Source: an uncultured Gammaproteobacteria bacterium (GTDB lineage Bacteria > Patescibacteriota > Patescibacteriia > Magasanikbacterales > UBA922). From it: a DNA stretch of 64,000 nt. The notes beneath the pieces are model-generated. The model was given only the letters and a program-made list of their open reading frames with translations, was not told where the DNA came from and did no database searches. The stretch covers positions 128,964 to 192,963 of the forward strand of contig CAZQXB010000001.1 in the NCBI GenBank assembly GCA_964597575.1, in the 5' to 3' direction. Both the position numbers and the translations under genes were made by a program. Below are positions 48,560-57,028 of this stretch, piece after piece (position 1 is the stretch's first letter; each line of letters begins with the position of its first letter).

Positions 48560-49274
48560 TAAATTGTAATGATCATCGGCTCTCTATACAGCATTCGTTT
48601 CTCTCGCAAGCTGCACAGCGACCTGTATTTTCCGTGTGTCGGCTGTAGGCCCACACCATACTTCTACAAGTCAGCTGCTTCCTCTGTCGTAGTGCCGACT
48701 GTCCCTACCTCAAGTCATCTTGCGACGAGTTTGAGAAAGGACGCACTCGGTACTACCGTGTCTCGAAAAACACGTGTAGGGATATCGCGGGCGGGGGAGT
48801 GGCGTATTGCTACACCACTCGACCACACTCCCCATATCCACTCCTACCACGTGGGCAAGAGGGAGAATTTGTCGAGATCGAGGTGGGAAACCGCGTTACC
48901 GCAGTTGACCACACTCGGGTACTCATCTGGCGAAAAGGACTCTCTCCGTCTCACTTTCGTCATACTCGTACAGTTGTCTTGCGTTCGCTACAACCCTCAT
49001 TAAAGAGGGGAACTTGCGCCGACAATCGAAGGTAGGTAGGTGCTTCAGGCCTAGTCGTAACTGTATCCTGGCTTTACGCTTCCCTCGATTGTTGGAACAA
49101 AAACGCGCTCTATCCTGCGAGTACCATAAGGTACGTCTGTGGGAGAGAGCGCGTGTAGATTCTATATCTATATATGTACTGTGGTCTCCCGTAGGCTCTC
49201 TCCTTCCCTTGGGTGACCGGTTAAATTGTAAGGTGTTTAGCTTGGGTTACGTCCTCTTGGTCTTTCATCGTAAC
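48560..49274 (-). ncRNA. Candidate large structured non-coding RNA or leader (family unassigned; 3' end uncertain)
   Basis: Starts at a consensus promoter; no credible minus-strand ORF; many hairpins with GCAA/GTAA/TTCG loops and minus-strand G-U pairs. Confidence 0.65.
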
Positions 49275-49279
49275 AGCAC

Positions 49280-49308
49280 AGTATACCCGGTTTTGGTAAA
49301 TTTGTCAA
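49280..49308 (-). promoter_or_regulatory. sigma70-type promoter driving the ncRNA/accessory array
   Basis: Reverse complement TTGACA-AATTTACCAAAACCGGG(17)-TATACT. Confidence 0.8.
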
Positions 49309-49395
49309 TATATGGCGTATGTATTATATATTTATATACTTTAATTTTGCTATATAAAGCTAAATAATGAAATATAAATATACGTCTATAAAAAC

Positions 49396-49424
49396 TTGAC
49401 AAATACAGTAAAGTATGCTATACT
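49396..49424 (+). promoter_or_regulatory. sigma70-type promoter for the TrmB-like regulator
   Basis: TTGACA-17 nt-TATACT, divergent from the 49280-49308 promoter across an AT-rich spacer. Confidence 0.75.
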
Positions 49425-49549
49425 TTTGCTATAGTAAGCACAAAAAGATGTCTTCGTACGGGCAACGTACGAATGAGAGACATAAAAAAATGGCTTAAAT
49501 AAGCCAAGCTGTGGATAGTATTTTTCTACTCATTATATATAGGTTGATT

Positions 49550-50302
49550 ATGTCGACACTCAAAGATACGCTCGTCAAAGCCGGGCTACCTGAGCACCAA
49601 GCCGAGGTGTATGTAATTTTAGCGAGTGGAGGAGAAATGCTCGTGCCACAGATTCTTGCCAAAACGGAGCTCTCTCGGGCTACGGTGTACGATGCCCTTC
49701 CAGAATTATTGGTCCGCGGGTTATTGGAGTACCGAAAAGAGGGGAGAGAGGCATACTACAAACCGGTGCATCCAAACAAGCTGTTTGATTTACTGGAACA
49801 AAAAAAGCGCGATACCGCACTTCTTGAAGATGAAATGAAAACGACTATTAAAACCCTCGAAGGATCGTTTAGTTTGGCACAGAATAGAGCCGGGGTGCGT
49901 TTTTTTGAAGGGCTCGATGGTTTGCAAGTTGCGTTGAATGAATCACTCGATGCGAAAGATACGATTTATACGTTCGCTGATAGTAAAACCGTTGATGCCT
50001 ATTTAGCGCAAATTGATAAAGAGTATATCTCCAAGCGACTAAAAAAGCAGATTAAAAAGAAACTCATTTTAACAGACAGCGAAGAATCGAGAAAATATGT
50101 GGCTTCGATGAATACAGAATTCACTGAGGCAAAATTAATTGACCCGGCAAAATACCCATTCACCGTTGCGGTTGAAGTATATAATAACGATGTTTCATTT
50201 TTGTCGGTCAAAGATGGGCACGTGGTTTCCTTTGTTGTCACTCATGAAGAAGTGGCGCGATTTCATCGCTCACTCTTTGAGTTTTTGTGGGACAGGCTCT
50301 GA
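49550..50302 (+). CDS. TrmB-family transcriptional regulator (wHTH plus PLD-like effector domain)
   Basis: 'GLPEHQAEVYVILA....ILAKTELSRATVYDAL..L...GLL', 'VRFFEGLDGL', 'VEVYNNDVSF'. Confidence 0.85.
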   Translation: MSTLKDTLVKAGLPEHQAEVYVILASGGEMLVPQILAKTELSRATVYDALPELLVRGLLEYRKEGREAYYKPVHPNKLFDLLEQKKRDTALLEDEMKTTIKTLEGSFSLAQNRAGVRFFEGLDGLQVALNESLDAKDTIYTFADSKTVDAYLAQIDKEYISKRLKKQIKKKLILTDSEESRKYVASMNTEFTEAKLIDPAKYPFTVAVEVYNNDVSFLSVKDGHVVSFVVTHEEVARFHRSLFEFLWDRL

Positions 50303-52690
50303 AACTTTCTCAAAGCCATAGAGTCGTTCAACTTTGCGTTCCCCTAGTTCAAAATGACGAACAAGCTGGTATCCATTTTCCGTGAGTTTTGAAAAAGTCT
50401 GAGAGAGAATGGGAAGATCTTTTGGTACAGTGGCAATAAAAACAATTTGATTTTTTCCATCAAGAGGGAAGTCTCGGGGGGCTTGATGGGCTAGAGCCAT
50501 AAGATCTTCTTTGGAGAGCTTACGCAGTACACTGCTTTTTTCATCTTTGGGAATTTCTATTTCAAACCAACCATGCTTTGTGCCAGGGGCTTCTTTGTCA
50601 TATTTTACTCCTCTAAAACCAAGTTTTTCAACATAATGCGTAAGGGCTAGATTTTCCGGCACCCCTAAGGCCTCAATGGTTTGGGATCCATGATAAGATC
50701 GAATTGTCTCAGCTAAAAACTGTTCGCCAATAGCAGCACTTTTCAGATCGGGCGAAACATTCAGGCTACCAAGATATACACGGTCATCCCCTTTTTCTTC
50801 AGCACGAAGAAAAGCCGCAATACTTTTTTCGCCCTTATCATTTTGTCGCCAAAGTATTCTAAAGTCATTTTTTTGAAGAGCGTCTGAATCTTTTCCAGTC
50901 TGAGGAAAAAGCATAGACCGTACTTCTTTCGGAACTTCTGGCTCATCAGGATAGTTAGCTTCAGAAATAGTTATCATTTCTTCTTTTTCTTCTTCCGTCA
51001 AAGTTTTTCCAGGTTTTATTTCTAAAGAGAGGCCTTGGACAAGGTTCCAATCTACGCCTTCTTTCCCTTTGAAGGTTGCTTTAAAAATAGCGGCCAAGGC
51101 GACGGTCGAGGCTTCAATGCGTTCAAGTTCTTTAAGAAGTGTCTCAGGGTCCTTATCTTCTGCCTCTGCAAAGTGTTGGAGAAGCTGTGCTGCCCGTGCC
51201 GCAGCCTCTTTTGCTGCCACAGCGTGAATATTTGTATCTGAATGGCGAGGAAGAATCGAAGTGACGTATTCATCAATTCTTTCCGAGACGGTCATGACAT
51301 TGCTGTAGGCCGAAAATACTCGTTTGGCCGTTTCTTTTGGTAGGGTTTTGGCAATGGCAAGTGGAGTTTCTAGTCCCGTTTTTCCTGTCGTTGCAAAAGA
51401 CAACGCAGCTCGCGCACCATATTCTTTGAAGTGAAAGAGGAAAGCTGGAACCAATTCTTTACTATCTTCGGGAAGATTTTTTTGCCAGGAAAGGAACCAT
51501 TGTTGTTCGGCAAAAGAGAGGGTTCTCCATGGAACAAAAGGAAGTTCTTTTTCAAGCGCAAGAAGATCATGAGTGTATGATTCAGGAGTGCTTGCATCCG
51601 TTGGAAGAGGAAGAAATTGTCCAAGCTCCAGTAAGCGTTCTTTTGGGGTTACCGTGATCCTCTGACTCTCTCCATGAGGTAACGAGAAAATACCTTTGGT
51701 TTCTCCATGACCATCAACAATGGCAAAGGTGTCATTTTGGGCAATTCGTTCAACGGTGAACTCGGGGCGGTTGTATGCTCCCAAATCCCATGTTTGTCCG
51801 TAACAGGAAAAACCATCTTTCTCTATTTTGTAGGTGTTCTTGGTATTGAGAAAAAGAAGGGTGGTTTCAATATTTTTTTCACCCATGCCTGGAGCATGAA
51901 GTTCGGGGTCAGCTAGTCGTTCTCTGCGTAATTCTTGTTTTGCTTTGAAAAGGGATTGCTCAGTGTAATCTTTATCAATTTTTTTCAGAGCAGTCGATGG
52001 AATGAAAAAAATGCCATCTTGCTTGGCCAGATTGACCACATAATCGATAGTTTTTTTACTTCCAAAGGAGCCTAAGAGATCAGTAATTTTTGCGAGCATG
52101 ACCATGTGTGGGTCAAATGAAGTGTGAAACCCTGATTCAAATTCAGCTTGCATATTGTCTGACTCCTGATCATTCCGAAAATATTCAAGAACCACTTTGT
52201 TTGAGAGTGATAAGTCTGCTGTGTTTTCTTCATCATAAAGCAAGCTTGGGTTTTTTTCAGCAGACTGAGGATTTCTATTTTGGGCATTAATAATCTTCCT
52301 CCTTCGTTCAAGAATAGCCTCTGAAAGTTTTTGGTATGTGGCATCAACCCATTCTTTTGGAAGGTGATTCTGCAGTTTCTGGTCATGAGATATTTTTTGC
52401 AAAATACAATATAGAAAAAAGTCGTCGCCCCGTTCTGGGGAACGTTCGGTATCGTTGTCTTGAAGTTCAGGGAGGGTATCTTCTGGATTTGAGTAGTCGT
52501 ATGTCTCAATTGCAGTAGTGGCGGCAACGCAAAATTCATCCACTGAACCGATCAGCTGAGAAAGAATACGTTTTTCGAGTTCCGGGCGAATTCTTCCTGT
52601 GGTATAGAAATAATCGTTCTTCCTCTTGGCGTAGTCAGTGGCCTCTCTCGCGTCATCTATAAGTTGTCTCTGATACTCAGATGCTTGCAT
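50270..52690 (-). CDS. Large hypothetical protein with C-terminal GNAT-like acetyltransferase domain
   Basis: 'IAAFLRAE....RVYLGSLNVSPDLKSAAIGEQFL...NLALTHYVEKLGF' resembles GNAT motifs A/B. Confidence 0.6.
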   Translation of the reverse strand: MQASEYQRQLIDDAREATDYAKRKNDYFYTTGRIRPELEKRILSQLIGSVDEFCVAATTAIETYDYSNPEDTLPELQDNDTERSPERGDDFFLYCILQKISHDQKLQNHLPKEWVDATYQKLSEAILERRRKIINAQNRNPQSAEKNPSLLYDEENTADLSLSNKVVLEYFRNDQESDNMQAEFESGFHTSFDPHMVMLAKITDLLGSFGSKKTIDYVVNLAKQDGIFFIPSTALKKIDKDYTEQSLFKAKQELRRERLADPELHAPGMGEKNIETTLLFLNTKNTYKIEKDGFSCYGQTWDLGAYNRPEFTVERIAQNDTFAIVDGHGETKGIFSLPHGESQRITVTPKERLLELGQFLPLPTDASTPESYTHDLLALEKELPFVPWRTLSFAEQQWFLSWQKNLPEDSKELVPAFLFHFKEYGARAALSFATTGKTGLETPLAIAKTLPKETAKRVFSAYSNVMTVSERIDEYVTSILPRHSDTNIHAVAAKEAAARAAQLLQHFAEAEDKDPETLLKELERIEASTVALAAIFKATFKGKEGVDWNLVQGLSLEIKPGKTLTEEEKEEMITISEANYPDEPEVPKEVRSMLFPQTGKDSDALQKNDFRILWRQNDKGEKSIAAFLRAEEKGDDRVYLGSLNVSPDLKSAAIGEQFLAETIRSYHGSQTIEALGVPENLALTHYVEKLGFRGVKYDKEAPGTKHGWFEIEIPKDEKSSVLRKLSKEDLMALAHQAPRDFPLDGKNQIVFIATVPKDLPILSQTFSKLTENGYQLVRHFELGERKVERLYGFEKVSEPVPQKLKE

Positions 52691-52797
52691 ATACTATCGC
52701 ATTCAGTGTATTTGTTTTTTCAAAAAAAGGCAATCATGCCGAATTTCTTTTTTTGTGCTATACTAATCACATATATTTTCTCTTCGCCTGTCATTGT

Positions 52798-53772
52798 ATG
52801 AAAAAGCAATCGCTGTATCGTCGCGCACTCTCACACGCGTTTGATCTTACTCGGAACCATAAAACACTATGGATATTTGGGTTGTTTGCAGCCATGCTTG
52901 GGCAAATGGGTTTTCTGGAATTTTTTAAACGAATTCATTTATTTGGTTATAGCGAAAGCATAATTCCGTTGTATTTTTCGTGGATTCCGGCGATCAAAAA
53001 TGTGCAATGGTCAAATGTCCATATTTCCATGGTTCCGGAAGGATTTATTTGGCTTTTGTGGCTTGTCATTATCATTTTGGCTCTCATGGCGATGCTTGTT
53101 TTTGCAGCGGTAAGTTCGCATGGTGCGCTTATTGCAGCGGCTGCTCAATCGACACTTCGAGCAAAACTTCCCAACTCAGAAACCGCATGGCATGTTGGGG
53201 TATACCATTTTTGGCGCTTACTCGGTGTTCATATTTTTCGTGTCCTTGTGTTTATCGGAGTAGGGTGTTCGATTATGTGGGCTATGTATAACGCATTGGT
53301 TGAGCCAACTGCACAAGACCTTCTTTTGTATATCTTTACTACGGTTTTGGCACTTACGATCGGGCTCGTGGTTGCGGTTTGGTCTATCTATACCGCCGGA
53401 TACATCGTTGTTGAAGATTACGGCTTTATTCCCTCAGTCCGAGCAGGATGGCGGCTCTTTACCGATCACTGGTTGGTGTCGGTAGAGGTAGGGTTTATCA
53501 TGGCGCTTTGTAACATTGCAGCCATTTGCCTAACCTTTTTTGGCGCGCTCCTGTTTTTCTTCCCAGCAGTACTTCTGTGGCTTGTGGCAATTGCGACGGG
53601 GAATGCTGCCATGTACGTTGCAGGATTCCTCTTGGCCGTGGTACTCTTTGTCGGGTTCCTCACGCTGCTCGCTGCAGCGTTCACCGTATTTTCAACATCT
53701 GTCTGGACGACTCTTTTTATGGCCATGCACAAGCAAGGGGTAAAAAGTCGAATTCTAATGTGGATGCGTTAA
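52798..53772 (+). CDS. Multi-pass membrane protein
   Basis: 6-7 hydrophobic segments; 'LWIFGLFA' N-terminal motif. Confidence 0.7.
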   Translation: MKKQSLYRRALSHAFDLTRNHKTLWIFGLFAAMLGQMGFLEFFKRIHLFGYSESIIPLYFSWIPAIKNVQWSNVHISMVPEGFIWLLWLVIIILALMAMLVFAAVSSHGALIAAAAQSTLRAKLPNSETAWHVGVYHFWRLLGVHIFRVLVFIGVGCSIMWAMYNALVEPTAQDLLLYIFTTVLALTIGLVVAVWSIYTAGYIVVEDYGFIPSVRAGWRLFTDHWLVSVEVGFIMALCNIAAICLTFFGALLFFFPAVLLWLVAIATGNAAMYVAGFLLAVVLFVGFLTLLAAAFTVFSTSVWTTLFMAMHKQGVKSRILMWMR

Positions 53773-53805
53773 GAGAATGAGGGGGTCCCGAATTCGTTTG
53801 TTCGT

Positions 53806-55515
53806 ATGTCCAATTATCCGTCTCTTGAAGACCTCACTAAAAAGAAAGAGGAGAAGGTCGACCCAAATGATGTCTCGGCCGGTGCTGTGTTTCACAAAAA
53901 AATGCAGGATTTAGGGCAAAAAGAATTAGAGGTGGATACGATGAGAAAGGCTGCGCAGACCGGTTTTCACCACATTGATCTACGTCATTTTCCGGTAAGT
54001 CAGCAAGCACTTCGCCAAGTTGAGCGTGAGCAAGCCCAGGCGCTTCAAGCGGTGTGTTTCTATTTTACTCAAGATGAGTTCCGTATCGGAGCCGTAAATC
54101 CGGAAGATCCAAAAATCGGAGAGCTGGTGTACGATATTGAAGAAAGAAATCATGCGCGTGGAGCGGTATATATGATTTCTGAGAGAAGTTTCGAATATGT
54201 CTATAAGCTCTATGATACTTTACCCGTTATTAAACCCGTCACAAAAGATGTGACGATTCAGGGGGAAGACCTCCTTAAGGTGCAGGCGGATATTACTGAT
54301 TTCCGTTCTTTACAGGCCCTTCTTTTGAAAGCGAATACAACCGATATTTTAGTATTTCTTCTTGCGGCGGCGCTAAAGCTTGATGCGTCGGATATGCATG
54401 TGGAATCAGAAGCCGAGCGTATCGTGGTTCGTTTTCGTTTAGATGGTATTTTGCATGATGCCGCCACTTTGCCGAAAGAAAGTTTTAAACAACTGGTGTC
54501 GCGGGTAAAATTATTTTCCGCACTCAAAATTAATATTACCGATAAGCCGCAGGACGGTCGTTTTACGGTTAAACTTCCGAACGGTGAGGTCGATATGCGT
54601 GTCTCAACCATGCCAACCGTGTATGGGGAGAGTATTGTGATGCGTATTTTGAAACAGTCGCGTGAAGGGTTAACGCTCGATCAAATTGGTTTATATGGAG
54701 ATGCATATACTCGTTTGAAATTTCAGATTGGTCGTCCAAACGGCATGATTATTACAACCGGTCCAACAGGAAGTGGTAAAACGACGACGCTCTATGCGAT
54801 TATGCAGCTCGTGAATGAGCCTGGGGTAAAAATTATTACCCTCGAAGATCCGGTGGAATACCGCATGTCTGGGATTAACCAAAGCCAGATTGATCGAAGT
54901 CGAGACTACACGTTTGCGAAGGGGCTACGATCAATTTTGCGTCAAGACCCTGACATTGCCATGGTTGGAGAAATTCGTGATTTGGAAACTGCTGACATTG
55001 CAATTCAGGGAGCCCTCACTGGTCACTTGATGCTCTCAACCATCCATACGAATAGCGCGTCCGGTGCTATCCCTCGCTTTTTATCAATGGGAGTAGCTCC
55101 GTTTTTACTCGCTCCTGCGCTTCACTGTGTGATTGGTCAGCGGTTGGTACGCCGACTCTGTGACGCCTGCAAAGTGCCGGCCGATATTCAGGGGGAATTG
55201 AAAGAGCGGCTCGAAAAAATATATGCTCTCATGAAAGAAAGTGAGCGTGTTTTATTTACTCCGGAGACCCCATTTTTTACCGGGAAAGGGTGTGCGAAAT
55301 GTAATGGGATTGGATATAAGGGCCGTATCGGTATTTATGAGGTGTTGACCATGAATCAAGAAATTGAGGCTATTATTTTATCCGGACAAATGAGTGAGTA
55401 CCAAATTGAGGCGAGCGCGGTGAAAAGCGGCATGATTACCATGGTGCAAGATGGAATTTTAAAAGCGCGAGAAGGGGTAACGTCTGTTGATGAAGTGTTT
55501 CGTGTCATTGAGTAG
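53806..55515 (+). CDS. Second GspE/PilB family ATPase
   Basis: 'ASDMHVE', 'GPTGSGKTTTLY', 'LRQDPDIAMVGEIRD', CxxC motifs. Confidence 0.93.
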   Translation: MSNYPSLEDLTKKKEEKVDPNDVSAGAVFHKKMQDLGQKELEVDTMRKAAQTGFHHIDLRHFPVSQQALRQVEREQAQALQAVCFYFTQDEFRIGAVNPEDPKIGELVYDIEERNHARGAVYMISERSFEYVYKLYDTLPVIKPVTKDVTIQGEDLLKVQADITDFRSLQALLLKANTTDILVFLLAAALKLDASDMHVESEAERIVVRFRLDGILHDAATLPKESFKQLVSRVKLFSALKINITDKPQDGRFTVKLPNGEVDMRVSTMPTVYGESIVMRILKQSREGLTLDQIGLYGDAYTRLKFQIGRPNGMIITTGPTGSGKTTTLYAIMQLVNEPGVKIITLEDPVEYRMSGINQSQIDRSRDYTFAKGLRSILRQDPDIAMVGEIRDLETADIAIQGALTGHLMLSTIHTNSASGAIPRFLSMGVAPFLLAPALHCVIGQRLVRRLCDACKVPADIQGELKERLEKIYALMKESERVLFTPETPFFTGKGCAKCNGIGYKGRIGIYEVLTMNQEIEAIILSGQMSEYQIEASAVKSGMITMVQDGILKAREGVTSVDEVFRVIE

Positions 55516-55611
55516 TATTTTTTTATTACAATTTGAGTGTCGCTTTTTTGTTGTGTAAAAAAATGGTATACTGAGGGTGATTTTATTCACGATGTTAGAA
55601 TCGTTGCTTGT

Positions 55612-56757
55612 ATGGTTCGTCGTTCACCTCCACGATCTTCTGTTGTTCACCCTGTTTCTTCATATCGTAAAATCGCGATTTCGTTTCTTTTTATCACGGT
55701 AGTTTTGGTTGTTCTCGTGGTGTCGATTTCTACCAAGCGTGCAACAATTATGATTGAAACACGAGAAGAGCCAAAAACAGTTGAAGGCGCGGTTACCTTT
55801 GTAGCGCGAGAGGGGAACGGGGGAATACCTGCACTTATTACCAGTACCGATGTGATTGTTACGGCAAATGTTGTGCCAACCGGCAGTAAAGATACGGTTG
55901 GTAAAAGTCGTGGTTCAGTCGTACTCATTAATAGCGGCACGACCCCACAGAGCCTTATTGTAAAAACCAGAGTACAAACAGACAGTGGATTGGTGTATCG
56001 CCTGGACACTGCCGCCCGAGTACCTGCGAAAGGCCGGGTAGAGGTCCCTGTTACGGCCGATGGAGAGGGTGGGGTATATGACATTGGCCCAGCCCGTTTT
56101 ACCATTCCTGGCCTCTCGAGCGCTCGTCAGGCCGTAGTGTATGCAGAAAGTATGAACCCTATGGCCGGAGGTGTCATTCGTTTGGGTGCAGTGGGTGAAG
56201 AAGATATAATGCAGGCCCGTGCCCTTTTACGTGAACGGGGTCTTGCTCTCGCTTCAGCTCAGTTCGGGGAAATAAAAGAAGGCGGACAAAGAGAGATGCT
56301 TGTGGAAAAAGAAGAGATGGTGTTTGGGGCAGCACTTGGGGAAAGCGTCTCATTGCTTACAGCCACAGCCACAATTCGCGTGGTCCAGGTTGCATTTACA
56401 AAAGAGAAACTTCGCGGAGCTTCTCTTGAGCTTTTGGCGAAGCAGGCATCGGCGGACACAACCATGCTCGTTCCAGAAAATGACCTGCCAGAAATTGCGC
56501 TTAAGGAATGTTCTGTTTCCGAAGGCACTTGTCGTGGAACGATGCATATCGACGGTACCCTTCGCGTAAACCCTGAGAGTGCTGTACTCCAGCCAAAAAA
56601 CTTTATTGGAAAAACAAAAGATGAAGTTCGGAAACAGATACAAACGATCCCGCTTGTTTCTTGGGTTCAGGTAACACTCACCCCTTCTTGGTTAAGCACT
56701 GTGCCGCAGTTTGCTGATAATATTACGATTCAGATTACCGAAGCCAAAAAACCATAA
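55612..56757 (+). CDS. Single-TM exported protein with baseplate-J-like beta region
   Basis: TM then 'KSRGSVVLIN...QSLIVKTR.....G..YRL....VP......V.VTAD..G..YDIGPARFTIPGL' pattern. Confidence 0.55.
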   Translation: MVRRSPPRSSVVHPVSSYRKIAISFLFITVVLVVLVVSISTKRATIMIETREEPKTVEGAVTFVAREGNGGIPALITSTDVIVTANVVPTGSKDTVGKSRGSVVLINSGTTPQSLIVKTRVQTDSGLVYRLDTAARVPAKGRVEVPVTADGEGGVYDIGPARFTIPGLSSARQAVVYAESMNPMAGGVIRLGAVGEEDIMQARALLRERGLALASAQFGEIKEGGQREMLVEKEEMVFGAALGESVSLLTATATIRVVQVAFTKEKLRGASLELLAKQASADTTMLVPENDLPEIALKECSVSEGTCRGTMHIDGTLRVNPESAVLQPKNFIGKTKDEVRKQIQTIPLVSWVQVTLTPSWLSTVPQFADNITIQITEAKKP

Positions 56758-56806
56758 AACCTAAACATGCTTGACAAAAAAGGTCGGCCGCAGTAATTTA
56801 CCTCTT

Positions 56807-57016
56807 GCAGAAAAGATACAGAAAGACGCAAACCCGAACAGGGAGAAATAACCGCGATTGAGAGTTATTTCACGGAAAGGCGTTTTCTCTACCACTTTTC
56901 CCATTTTCAAACAATCCATTAAAGAAAATAATCGGGTGGAACCGTCCTTCGCTTTTAAGGACCCCGATACATTGCTGATATGTGTATATCATCGATGTAT
57001 CGGGGTTTTTCTTTTT
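56807..57016 (+). promoter_or_regulatory. T-box riboswitch leader of thrS
   Basis: Stem I with ACC (Thr) specifier at 56891-56893, T-box 'AATCGGGTGGAACCG', terminator CCCCGATACA...TGTATCGGGG-TTTTT. Confidence 0.88.
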
Positions 57017-57028
57017 AACAATATTTGT

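Noticed and set aside
48560-49274. RNase P RNA, tmRNA or group II intron identity for the structured region
   Set aside because: Only a loose GGAGAGAGTCC resemblance to the RNase P GAGGAAAGUCC motif, with no matching 3' P4 strand. No tRNA-like ends and no recognisable domain V were found.
48569-49367. Plus-strand ORFs of 144, 78 and 117 aa over the structured region
   Set aside because: No SD or promoter support and no protein-like motifs; they lie antisense to a promoter-driven, strand-specific RNA structure.
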